Both the position numbers and the translations under genes were made by a program. DNA of 55,298 bases from Octopus bimaculoides (Eukaryota). The notes under the pieces were generated by a model that saw only the letters and a program-made list of their open reading frames with translations, made no database searches and was not told the DNA's origin. Of the stretch, positions 35,347 through 48,420 are shown in pieces (within the stretch, counting starts at the first letter, position 1; each line of letters opens with the position of its first letter). The stretch covers positions 64,974,538-65,029,835 of the forward strand of contig NC_068986.1 in the NCBI RefSeq assembly GCF_001194135.2. Direction: 5' to 3'.

Positions 35347-38345
35347 CAGTGGTTCTCAAACTTTTCAAAAAATTTTACGTGCCGGTCCCCTTACAGTTTT
35401 TTCGATGATTCGCGGTCCCCTATAAAATGCAATATAATCAACATAGAAAAATTGACATACATTCGTGTACCGTCATTTCCGGACTATGAACCGCACTGCC
35501 CATAGATCTGCAACCCCGAAAACTACAACTTTATCCTCGCAATACCCCATTAGGATACAATAAATACACATGAAAATATGGGGCATCAGTTAATCAATTA
35601 GTTATAAAACAAATTAGAGACGAAAACAGTCCGAAAATATCCGCAGCAGCCTGTATTAACAACTGTGCAAGATCCATTTTTGCCCATTCAGCAGACAAAA
35701 ACTGCGCGTCATACTCCGAAAACTACGGTATATATATACGTACATGATATGGTTCTCGAACTTTTGTCAACACCTTCCCCTTTCACCATGTTTGGGATGC
35801 TATTCCTCCCTATTGTCAGGTCATTCTTCTTATTGATTATCCAAGAGGTGCATTTCGACCAATTTCCCTATTTTCAGCAGAGGAATTTTAATAGCATCCC
35901 AAAATGTACAGAAGCTAATGTCAATTGGACCACTGGTATGCACGAAAAACCACAGTTTTAATTGAAACACCGTCTTCTCTTCTTCCACTGAAAGTTTGCC
36001 TTTGTTTTTCCTCAATACCTGATGCATAACATGACAATAACAAAAATTATATAAGTAATTATTTATTCACAAAAGCAGACCGTTTATTATTTTATTTACA
36101 GCAAAGTAACCAGCTCTTCTATGTTCGGCTCTATTTTGGAAAGGACAACCCTCATTTCTGGTGTGAAATTCAGTCGATTTCGTAACTTATTTTTGATGGC
36201 AAAGAGAGTGGAAAACGCGGTCTCACACTCATAGGTGGTTGGAAATGGCATCAGTACTTTAAGACCATCTTTGCGACATCAAGATATGACCGTGTCATTT
36301 CAATCCAAAAGTCAGAAAAGCATATTTCACGGAAAAACACATGTTGCATCTCCATCATTGACCAAATCAATGAACTACTCATGAATTATATTGTCTTCTG
36401 TTGGCAGATCGCTAACAGAGGGTACAAAAGGGTTCCTGATAAAGTGGAGGTATTTGTCAAAGTCACGAAAACCAAGAAAATAAAGAGAATACTTCTCTGT
36501 CTACGTGTAGCATCATGGGTTCAAAGATATCGCCATCGACTTGAAGCTCGTTTCATCAATAAACATGTTTTGTTGAGGAAATGATGCAAAGTTCTTTCTA
36601 TCTAACTTTAGGTGCCAAAATTCAAGCTCCATTTTGAAAGCAGTTAGTTTTTCAAGAGAATGAAACATAATTATAACTTTCCCTTGCAGTGAAAGAGTGA
36701 CAGCATTCACTGGCCCGAATATGACCAGCAAAAGTGCCAAGCAGATCAGAAAACGAACATCAGAGAATTTGGTGTGCAAATCTGGCTTGGTATCTTGTAA
36801 CAAAATCGTGGACTCCTTTTCGTAGAAGGAAGACCCTCTTTATTGTTTTTCCTCTCGAAAGTTATCTCACTTATCTGAAAACCGGAAAGGCAGCCAAGCA
36901 TCTCCGGAGCGCCGTCGGTGCACACGCTAATGTCATGCTCCCAGTTGATATCGTGTGCCTCAAAAAATTTGCCCACTTTGTTAAATATTTCCCTTGCGGT
37001 TGTTTTGGTGCTGAGGGTTTCACAGAGCAGGAATTCGTCCTCCAAGTGATTCTTATGTACACGTAAGGTAATCCTTACGTACATAGACGCAAAGTTGGGA
37101 TAAGTTGGAAACATCTGTCGTTTCATCAAGCAGGACTGCGAAAAAATTCAAAAGTGAATTGTGTATCTTAGAGACGAACTGCGACAGAATGTTATCAAGC
37201 AACTCAGTTATTTGCCTGCTAACAGTACTGTTTGAAAGAGAGACATGCTTCAGCTTCTGAAGTTCAGAACATCTTAACACATTTGATATGATATCTTTGT
37301 AGCAAGGCAATATCAATTCTTCGCCGATATTATGGGGCTTTTTGGTAACAGCTATTTCCCCTGAAACCTCGTAGGATGCTTTCAAACCAGCAGTAATATC
37401 CAGCAAAAACATTCCGGTGTGTCATGAAGTCTGGATTTCGTCAATCTGTCGGTTTCGCATCTGAAGAAGTCGACATCTCTATTTATTGAACTGGGATGCT
37501 TCGTTTCGAAGTACCTCTTTAACTTGCTGGGCTTAAGTAGACGCCTAAACCGCGAAGCACAACACTCAGTGGTTCCCTTAACCGCCAGACTTTATCACAG
37601 GAAAACCGAATTTCAAATAAGATTCGTCATATCTCATTTTCCTTTTTGGAGGCATTATAAAAAAAGGTAAAATTCAGTAAACCAATTTAATATAACTACA
37701 TTGCATAATTATTTCGAATTTATTATATGCTGCGGATGTGCATATTTGCCTTAGTGTAGCTAACTTTTGGGTGTATTAATTAACAATACATCTTACCTGT
37801 CACTATAAATTGTGGAAGAAGTCCAAAGTGTGTGTGAGCGTTGTTTTACCTCTGTGATAAAACTGTGAATTGATAACCGTTGAGAAGATATTTCTCTTGG
37901 AACATGTTGCCATGAAAAACAACCATGACTTACAAAGCCCAACCACCATGCAGGATGTAAATGGGTGTCTGGCAAAGGGCAAGGTCATGCGGGAATATGC
38001 ACCGGTGAGGATAATAACGGCGAGAGGCATGCAAACGTGTGGATTACAATAGTGGAGTTGTGAATCATGTGGGCGTAGAATACCGACAGCACATGCACGA
38101 TCAACCATTACATTTGCATATTTTCCATTGGCCAATTACACTTGAACAAGTGTGATTAGCAAATGAGTGTGTGTAGGAGTGGCGTGGCTTTTCGAGGTCA
38201 ACGACAAAAAAGGATGAACGCATGCAAAAAATTGAAAGTTTTGAAATTTTAAAACTTAACTGTCTGAAGCCACCAGTTTTCACGATACTTCAGCGTCTCT
38301 TCATAATCCCCTAGGGGACAAAGGACCCCAGTTTGAGAACCACTG
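35347..38345 (-). mobile_element. Buster/Charlie-type hAT transposon, end-complete (2999 bp), non-autonomous
   Basis: Perfect 16-bp TIRs cagtggttctcaaact/agtttgagaaccactg; perfect 8-bp TSD GTCTATGC (35339-35346 and 38346-38353) with the Buster nnnTAnnn pattern; transposase pseudogene inside. Confidence 0.95.
36075..37655 (-). pseudogene. Buster-type hAT transposase (ZBED5/ZBED8/FAM200-like family), frameshifted and internally deleted
   Basis: MPPKRKMRYDESYLKFGF..KPSKLKR..KHP; ASYEV..KKPHNIGEELILP..SLSNSTV..LDETTDVSNLSQL..YVR; EDEFLLC..VCTDGAPEMLG; PFPTTYECETAFS..KNKLRNRL. The CxxH/RW insertion-domain segment after SGF is missing. Confidence 0.9.
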
Positions 38346-38569
38346 GTCTATGCATTCAATGAGTCAGATCCGAAAAGAAAAAAGATTCGTCATAAGTATA
38401 TTAACAAATTTCAGTGTGCCCTGTCTAACAACCGTTTTGTTTTTTTCAGTTTGGCCTCCAGGATCGTTTTACATTTCGGTTCACCTAAAGATCGATCCTG
38501 TTCTTTGTCGATATACATAGATTAAAGATATTCTTATGCATACATATATGACGATATTATATTTTATCT

Positions 38570-38726
38570 TTTATCTGGGGCACCGCCTTGAAGGGTTTTA
38601 GATGAACAGGGCTTATTTTTAAGCCTAGTCCTTATTCTTCTGTTTCTTTTGTTGAACCGCTAATTTACGGGAACGTAAATACACCAACACCAGTTGTCAA
38701 GCAGTAGTGTGTGACAAACACAGATA

Positions 38727-38800
<74 letters not shown>

Positions 38801-38900
38801 ACGGGCTTCTTTCAGTTTCCGTCAAACAAATTCACTCACAAGGTTTTGATCAGTCCAAGGCTATAGTAGAAGACACTTGTCGAAGGTGTCACGCATCAGC
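38570..38900 (-). mobile_element. SINE family B copy with internal (CA)n
   Basis: ggggcaccgccttgaagg..gaaccgctaatttacggg..gacgggcttctttcagtttccgtc..ggctatagtagaagacacttg. Confidence 0.8.
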
Positions 38901-39818
38901 CACCCTGCACGTATCTTCTGCATAGGTGTCATTCATAAATTCGACTCTCATGTTATTACTCATTCTAAGCAAATGGTCGAAGGCATAAGGTATAGTGCAG
39001 TGAGATAGAATCTCTGAACTATGTATGACTTCGAAGTCAAGTTTTTACCAAAACAAATACTCATGCATCTATACACTTTAATCTAACAACGTATACACGT
39101 TTGTATTCGATGTAGCTTCACCATGAGACCCAACCGAAACCATTAAAATCATCACCACAATAATTTCACAAATATAATGCTGAAAGCTATGTTTTCAGAC
39201 TAACAGTTTCAGCTTCTACTTCTATGTTGTCGGAATGTCTGAATTACTCAATTTAATTCAGTTTATATAATTCAGTTTATAATTCCATTTCGATAAATCA
39301 GCGTTGTTCCCTTGGATAAATTTACGGATATTCGTATGTAAAAAAAGAAACGGGATTTCACAACATACGAATATATACTTAAGCACACGTAGTTATCTAA
39401 AACTGAAAGCACGAAGCTCAGAATAACCATAGAATAAAGCTTTAGCTTCGAAGAAATGAATAAAATTTACTAACTGTACCAAATAATTTTTCTTCCAGTA
39501 AAGGATTCACTACATATAATGCAAATGATTAAATTTAAATACCTTAAAATTATACAAATTTTTCAATACTTAAAAGTCATTTTTATGGTTAAGAATGGTG
39601 CAATTATCCTTACCTTTCAAAAGACACGTTTGTATTGAAGTAATTGTGCAACCAAATCATATTTCGGCCTTAATAAACAGGTATATATTCTATAATTACA
39701 AGGTTACATGCGATTTTACAAAATACACTTTCCAGCGTATGACATAAAGATATATTACAATTGTAACTTGTGAACATTTCGCGACGTCTACATTTCGTTT
39801 CGTAGAAGAAATGGTGCA

Positions 39819-39878
<60 letters not shown>

Positions 39879-39963
39879 AGTCAGTCATTCAGTCTGCCTG
39901 TCTGTCTGTCTGACTGTTCCACCTCCCTTTTTTTTTATCTCACACACATTATCATTCTCACTA

Positions 39964-39998
<35 letters not shown>

Positions 39999-40057
39999 TA
40001 TGCATGTGTGTGTCTTTGTGTGTGTGTGAGTGTGTGTGTGTGAGTGTGTGTGTGTGC

Positions 40058-40092
<35 letters not shown>

Positions 40093-40230
40093 CACACACA
40101 CAAATATATATATATATATGTATGTATATATATAAATATACACACACGCAAATATATACACATGCATCCATACACACACATATACCTGTATACATATACA
40201 TATGTATGCATGTATGCATTTGTGTATGTA

Positions 40231-40271
<41 letters not shown>

Positions 40272-41207
40272 NNNNNNNNNNNNNNNNNNNNNNNNNNNNN
40301 NNNNNNNNNNNNNNNNNNNNNNNNNNNNNNNNNNNNNNNNNNNNNNNNNNNNNNNNNNNNNNNNNNNNNNNNNNNNNNNNNNNNNNNNNNNNNNNNNNNN
40401 NNNNNNNNNNNNNNNNNNNNNNNNNNNNNNNNNNNNNNNNNNNNNNNNNNNNNNNNNNNNNNNNNNNNNNNNNNNNNNNNNNNNNNNNNNNNNNNNNNNN
40501 NNNNNNNNNNNNNNNNNNNNNNNNNNNNNNNNNNNNNNNNNNNNNNNNNNNNNNNNNNNNNNNNNNNNNNNNNNNNNNNNNNNNNNNNNNNNNNNNNNNN
40601 NNNNNNNNNNNNNNNNNNNNNNNNNNNNNNNNNNNNNNNNNNNNNNNNNNNNNNNNNNNNNNNNNNNNNNNNNNNNNNNNNNNNNNNNNNNNNNNNNNNN
40701 NNNNNNNNNNNNNNNNNNNNNNNNNNNNNNNNNNNNNNNNNNNNNNNNNNNNNNNNNNNNNNNNNNNNNNNNNNNNNNNNNNNNNNNNNNNNNNNNNNNN
40801 NNNNNNNNNNNNNNNNNNNNNNNNNNNNNNNNNNNNNNNNNNNNNNNNNNNNNNNNNNNNNNNNNNNNNNNNNNNNNNNNNNNNNNNNNNNNNNNNNNNN
40901 NNNNNNNNNNNNNNNNNNNNNNNNNNNNNNNNNNNNNNNNNNNNNNNNNNNNNNNNGGGAGGTTTATTTGTTCCTTATGGACAGCTACTCTTCTACGTAA
41001 TGGGAGGCTCGTCTGTCCGATATAGAAGTTTTGGCAACATTGAAAATTGGTTATGAAACACGTGTAATCTTTTTATTATATTTATCTTATGATATTTACT
41101 TTACTTTATATTATACTCATTTATTGTGCTTTTAATATTAATTTTTCTATATGTGATAGTGGATTTTCATCGATGAGTTCTTGAAAATTGGTTATTTTCC
41201 CTAAAAC

Positions 41208-41246
<39 letters not shown>

Positions 41247-41482
41247 ATATATATACATACAAGAATAAGCATATAAGTGTGAAACAAGGTGGAAAATAAT
41301 AGTACTCGAATACCGGAGATAGAGTAATATGCTTTATTAATAAAACTGCAAAGACATCAATGTTTGCGGCTGAGGAGAGCTTTACACCATCTTTTATATC
41401 AATAATACACCTATGCTGATGTAATAACAGATTGAAACACGTGTACCATGATATCCTTTGTGTTCTGTTTTTAATTTATGTT

Positions 41483-41524
<42 letters not shown>

Positions 41525-41927
41525 GTGTGCGTGTGTAATAACATATGTATATATATACATACACATATATAAATATATATTTATTTATTTATAATTTATA
41601 TGCATATTCATGCCTCTGTGTGCACGCATGTACGCATGTATAGCTGTATATATGCATACATCAGCACTCTTAGTTTTCCTATTTAAACCTGAAATATTAC
41701 TAAAGCGCTGCTCTTCCGGATGAGACCGGAGAAAGAGACATTAACCTGATATGAATGACAAAGGATTTCATTTAGTTTATATTTACCACCGAATGAGATA
41801 CAAATAGAAACAATGTGTAAGAAAAGGTAGAGAAAGAAAAAAGTATACCAGAATTGTATAGAAACATAGTATATATAGAGAATGAGATGAGACAGGTGAG
41901 AGAAACACGGTCATATATATATATATA

Positions 41928-41974
<47 letters not shown>

Positions 41975-42759
41975 NNNNNNNNNNNNNNNNNNNNNNNNNN
42001 NNNNNNNNNNNNNNNNNNNNNNNNNNNNNNNNNNNNNNNNNNNNNNNNNNNNNNNNNNNNNNNNNNNNNNNNNNNNNNNNNNNNNNNNNNNNNNNNNNNN
42101 NNNNNNNNNNNNNNNNNNNNNNNNNNNNNNNNNNNNNNNNNNNNNNNNNNNNNNNNNNNNNNNNNNNNNNNNNNNNNNNNNNNNNNNNNNNNNNNNNNNN
42201 NNNNNNNNNNNNNNNNNNATATGAGAGAGTGAAAGATTGGGAGAGAGAGAGAGACTGGGAGAGAGGCAAAAGGAAAAAAAAACGAAAGATTTAATGTGAG
42301 ACGCACATATTTCAAAATAGAATGGAGATTTAATTTTCATGCTTACAGCAACAAAATGGAAGATAAAAAGAAATTATAGAAATAGAGAATGGACGGCTAA
42401 TAAATAATAAATTAACAGTAAATTAAACAATGTACATGGAATGAATAAAAAGTCAGATAGCATAACATTAATGCTGTGTAGAAAGTTGTAAATTAAAATC
42501 TATTTTACTTTATATAGCTTGCTTGAGTCTTTTCATTGTAACATAAAGACTCATTTCAATATTTTTGTGTATGTGTGTGTAAATACACTCACACACATAT
42601 TTATATATGTGCATACACATATATATAATGTATATAGGTTACCAAATATTCGATGCATGCACATTGCACTTGTTTCTAAATACAAATGTACTTGTTTCTA
42701 TAAACTAAATCTGCATGAATATTTGTTTGTGCCAATATTGTTGTGTCCACATTGAAGCC

Positions 42760-43140
42760 GCGAGACTATGAGAGCATCTGTACTTATAGGAATGGCAGCG
42801 AAGCAGTAGGATTGTTAGAACGTCCTGGGTATGTTTTAATTGGGAGTTTCTGTTTGAAGTGGTTTTGCTGAAAAGTGGGTGAAAGTACCGAATACAAGTA
42901 AATGGGTCTATTCTCAACAAGCGTCGGTAGGTCGGAGAATACAACCAAGAGAGGACACTTTCCCATGGAAATAAAAGTATTTCGGAATTTCTGGAGTTTA
43001 TTGTTTGATCTCGTACTTGCCCTCCCATGCGAAATCGTGTCATTTCCTTTTCTTGTATATCATTGCTTATCATGCTTGTTTTCTCACTCTCTAGGTAACC
43101 CAACACACACTTTTTGCTAAATATCTCTTTGTAATATACC
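42760..43140 (-). mobile_element. CR1-like LINE 3' relic
   Basis: The minus strand resembles the LExRRxxHDLxMxYK and FKQKL segments of CR1 ORF2 C-termini; degenerate. Confidence 0.4.
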
Positions 43141-43175
43141 TTCAGCCGTCAGCCAGGTGACAATAATATCGAAAA

Positions 43176-43177
<2 letters not shown>

Positions 43178-43259
<82 letters not shown>

Positions 43260-44625
43260 CATCATTATAGTGCATGCTAATTTAGTTAGCAGGTAATTAT
43301 CTTGATGTTTGATGACGAGTCTCCTCAAATCTGAAGCGTCTTTTTTACGATGCTTGCGGCATATAGAATGGTCCTTTTCTGCAGGTCGACAATGCGAATT
43401 TCAATTCCAATCTTTTTCAGTCTTTTTGGCAGCATTTTAGCAGTTGTGCCAAGTGCACCTACTACTACAGGGATAATTGTTTTCTTCGTCTTCCACAGTC
43501 TTCTCAGCTGTCTGACTAGATCCTGATACTTCTCATTTTATTCAATTTCTTTGGTATCGACTCTACTTCCATAGAGAATTGCTAAATCTACGATCTTGCA
43601 CAGTTTGCTTATATTTTGTACTCTAAAGTCATGTTCAGTCCTCTTGCCTCATAGAATGGTCAGCATTTATGGTGAAGTCCCACAAGATCTTGTAGCTCTC
43701 ATTTTCTATCTGTTTCGTGTTCATATCACTGTTCTCTTATTTTGAAGCTTAATATCCCAATGCACTCTTTTGCAACACAGTCACATTTGCGCTTGTATAC
43801 CTTATGTGCTGGTATACGGCACTTAGTCAAGATGTGATTGATACTCTCATCTCTTTTCCTGCACTCTAGATTTGCTGTCTGAATTTTGTCGTTCTTTGCC
43901 TTTATCAGATTTGTTTTAAGGGCTTGTTTCTGAGTGGCTATAATTATCATGCCGTCTTGCAGCACTCCTAAATATTTGTATCCCTCATTTTTCCGCAGCG
44001 ATCTAATGACGTCTAGTAATTTTATACCATCAGACTTTATAGTCGGGCGTCTTTTCATATTTAATACTGTGCTTTTATCTACCCCAAACTGCATTCCAAT
44101 GTCTTTATTGAATACTTTCATTGTATGGAGTAGAGAATCAAGTTCTGTTTCATTTTTTGTTTTGTATACACCTTGGAGTCATCCAAGTAAAATAGGTGAT
44201 TTATTCTTATCTTTGTTTTGATAAACTCATAGGTAGGCTTGGACTTCCTCATTATACTTGCCAGAGGGATTAGTGCAATGACGAAGAGTAATGGAGAGAT
44301 CGAATCTCCTTGGAAAATGCTCCTGCGTATTTTCATGTTACCTAGCAATACAATTGCACGTGTCAGTTCTACTTCCCACGCCCCCATTGCTTTCTCCAAA
44401 TAGTTGTTTATATTCTCACTGACTCCGAGTGTCCTCAAACACTCCAAGAGCTGTACGGGACATTATCGTAGGCCTCTATCCATTCAACAGCTAATTTCTT
44501 CCACCTTTAATATTCTGCTGCTTATATATAACAGATCAGCAGTTCCTCTTGATTTCTTCCTACATTGTTTTTGCTCTTGTGACAGTAGGCTCTCCTTTTC
44601 CAGAAAATTATATATTTCATCTACT
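43178..44625 (-). mobile_element. R4/Dong-clade LINE, 5'-truncated, with (TAA)n tail and internal deletion
   Basis: EQKQCRKKSRGTADLL; IRRSIFQGDSISPLLFVIALIPL..INHLFYLDDSK (44118-44447); DIGMQFGVDK..GYKYLG..CRKRDESINHILTKC (43726-44121); KILWDF..DLAI..YQDL..IIPVVVGALG. Followed by about 30 TAA units (43178-43265). Confidence 0.9.
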
Positions 44626-44789
44626 ATAAGCCCAATTGTTGTTGTTGTTGCTGTGGTTGTTGTTGTTGTTGTTGTTGTTGTTGTTGCTCTTCTTCTTCTT
44701 CTTCTTCTTCTTCTTCTTCTTCTTCTTCTTCTTCTTCTTCTTCTTCTTCTTCTTCTTCTTCTTCTTCTTCTTCTTCTTCTTCTTCTTCT

Positions 44790-45700
44790 GTCCTACAGTT
44801 TCTATTTGATTAAGACGCCTTAATGTATCATATATTCTTGATAAATACAACTTATGCCATATTTTGTGTGGTATTTAGCAATGCAGCTAAGCTCTAATTA
44901 TTCTTCATCTGTTAAATATAGTTAATTCATTTGGTGTCCAGTTAAAAGTATCATAGCAACAATTTATTGACGCGTGTGCTTATAGTGGTTCATTCATTGA
45001 TTACTAAGGACTTGTAACTGTTTGCCGAATTCTGCTACTTTGTTACTATATGCCGTATAATATTATTGTCTTTTATTTACCTTCTTATCTTCAAGGTTAC
45101 ATTAGAGCCTTTTTCTAATTCAGAAGTCATATCAAATATCTTGTAAATCTGTGTTCTGTCAGTAACTGGATGCTTATCATCTGCAGTATAAACTTCGATG
45201 TCATCCACATATAAAAGATGATTGAACGTCCTTCATAGTATATATATATATATTTGAGCACAGTTTAATAGGTCTAGTTTAATAGGTTTTCTTAAGGTAT
45301 TAGCACCAGGTTGATCAGGAATGAAGAAAAAGGAAACCCTTTGGACTCTTTTCCTCCCGCTAGAGTTTAGTTTAATGTTTATAATTCCGTTCTTTGTCTC
45401 TGTTCACAGAATTGTTTATCATTTCTCACGACGTGTTTACTTTAACTGCCATTGTTTTTCATTATTAATGCTTCTAGGATCCACAAATAGGAAATACTGT
45501 CTAAAGTTTTATTGTAGTCAATCAATGCAGCGCTTTTTTAGAGCCATTTCGCCTGTTTCAGCATTTCTTCTACTCATCAGGAAACAAGAATTTTTAGATG
45601 TTATTTTTTTGCGATGTTGTTTCAGTTAAGGCTTTTTGAGCTGCTGGAGGGTAGATTATGGGGAAGAGGGTTTTAGGGCCTGCTGCTCTTTTAGTGGGAG
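44790..45700 (-). mobile_element. Older R4/Dong-clade LINE RT fragment
   Basis: Minus strand: IDYNKTLDSISYLWILEAL, FNHLLYVDDIEVY, FNWTPNEL, LYLSRIY..LNQIET. Many stops. Confidence 0.75.
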
Positions 45701-46359
45701 CGGTTGTCGTCGTTAAGATAGCTTCCACTTCTGTGAGTCAAACAGGTGTTGTTCTCGCTCCGATTTGTACCATTTTAAATACTTCTGCTAATCAAAGCAA
45801 ATCATTGGTGATAATGGGTTAATCACTTTCTTGCGTTAGGTTTAAGTGAAAAGATAAATGTGTTGTCATAACGATATTGGTAACACGAATAAAGATAAAA
45901 GGCTTCAATTAGGATTCGAAACCTGGTTGCGAATTCAACTAAATTCTTATTCTTTCCTACTAATTTATACACAGATGCACTCTAACTATAAAAAAAAAAA
46001 AAAACTGGAACAACCGGAGCGTTGATTCCCATTGTTTTATTTTTAGCCTTTATCTGTGTGTTAAATATAAATGTAAGACACGTACGGAAGAGAACTGTAA
46101 TCTTTTTTATTTGGAAGCATTGCACTCGATAAAGCTAATTTATTCTTGAGTTTCTTTTTGTTGCTTTATTATTATTTGAAGTAGTATCAGTACAACTAGT
46201 AGTGGTAGTAGCAGGAAAAAAAATAGTAGTGTACTAATAATAGCATTGGTAAGAAAACTATTATAGTTGTTATCACTAATTTTTATTTATGTTTCTTTGA
46301 AATGGGAAATGTATTAAATGACCCAGCATATAAAAAATCATCATTGCAACAGTGACGAT

Positions 46360-46755
<396 letters not shown>

Positions 46756-47584
46756 AAAATGATACATAGACAAAAGAAATTAGTGAACGGTGTAACGGAA
46801 AGATGTTAAGAATTAATATACATTTCAGAGACAAGATATATAGAAAAGTGAATAGGATATGTGAAAGGGGAAAAAAGTATGATTTATCTCAAAGGTAAGC
46901 AGTCTTGTGAGAAATAAACAATAGAAAACAAAAACTGTTATGGCTGGCCAAGGAAGAAAATGTATGGTTTTGTACACAGTGGAATAGATTGGTCTTTCTC
47001 AGAGAGGTCCAAGCAACCGATAAGAATAAATTGGTCTACAAAAGTCACACCGGAAAAGAAATCGAAGTTGTGCAGTGACCATATGAAGGTTCACGAAGTG
47101 CTGAGCATATGTCCAGAACATATAAAACTGTTTAGTACAAAGACGTAAGACAAAAGAGATATAAGGAAAGAATATGAAGGCTAAAAAAAAAAAATGAAGC
47201 AAGACGAAATAAAATGAGACAAAGAGACATGGAAATATCTTATGGCATAAAACAATTGGAATTTATTTATGCCGATTGAATAAAAACAAAACGCTCAGAA
47301 AAATTACTATTGATCAATGGAGCAAAAGAAAAGAGGATATATATATATATANNNNNNNNNNNNNNNNNNNNNNNNNNNNNNNNNNNNNNNNNNNNNNNNN
47401 NNNNNNNNNNNNNNNNNNNNNNNNAATAATTGTACAAATATGTGTGTCGTGTGCGTAAGTCTTTGTGTGCACGCGTGCACATCAAAGTATAATACAGTGG
47501 GGGTATATAAATATATATAAAAAAGTACTTTTAATAGCTATTTGTATATAAACAAGGGTGTAAATATACAAATGTACATTGTTT

Positions 47585-47631
<47 letters not shown>

Positions 47632-47652
47632 GTGTATATGAATGTGCATGTG

Positions 47653-47684
<32 letters not shown>

Positions 47685-47769
47685 CACAACCACACACGCA
47701 TGCTCGTACGTATATGTATATAGTAAACAATATGATCATGAATATAAAATTAAACTTTACCCAGTATGT

Positions 47770-48420
47770 AAAAAGAAACATCTAAGAAAGTTTAGAAGCT
47801 TAATCAAAAATATCCCACAAATATTTGGGATTATCATTCATTCTGATAAAACCGGCAATCCAGATGATTTCAGTTCGCTCTTAAGATAACAAATTTTCAT
47901 GATATATCATTGGAACTGAAGAGAATTCTTTCGTAATTATAAACATATTTCTGCTTCTTACTTTGATAATACTAATTCTGAGGCATGTAACATTGTTGAC
48001 CATCTGAACCTAGCAGATCGATGAGAGTTGTATTTGTCTATGAATACCCTGCATAAACCTAAACGACCATAAACCTGATTTTGATTATAAACCCACTATT
48101 AGACAAATTTGGCCCTCAAAATCCGATGCAGGAGTTATAAGAAAGAAATTATCGTTAGAATTTTACCTATACATAAAAAATTTCAAATCAGCTCTTGATC
48201 CGATGCTAAACTAGTAATGAATTTGTGAAAAGGTTTAGAAAATAAGAAATGTATTAAGTTTATGCAGATAGATATTAGTTACTACTCATCGATATTCCCT
48301 CTTCAACTTACTAAACATGAGATAAAGTGGCTCTGCAAATTTTACCGATCCTGTGGCCATATATGTTCTATACTGTATCAAAAAGGAGTCTCCACAAGCA
48401 GAGAGTGACCTATAGAGTGA
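47770..48420 (+). mobile_element. Penelope-like element (PLE) reverse transcriptase relic
   Basis: IIIHSDKTGN..NTNSEACNIVDHLNLADR..LNDHKPDFDYKPTIRQIWPSKSDAGVIRKK..GLENKKCIKFMQIDISYYSSI, cf. PLE motifs ADKT, TLKDHKxNF..RLINPxKSxIG and FIQFDIxxFYPSI. Confidence 0.75.

Noticed and set aside
42705-43106. 133-aa minus ORF as a host gene
   Set aside because: It overlaps a CR1-like 3' relic in another frame and has no recognisable domain.
45555-45590. Minus-strand CTGATGA...GAAAC that looks like a hammerhead
   Set aside because: It lies inside the coding region of the R4/Dong RT relic and stem II pairing is irregular; most likely coincidental.
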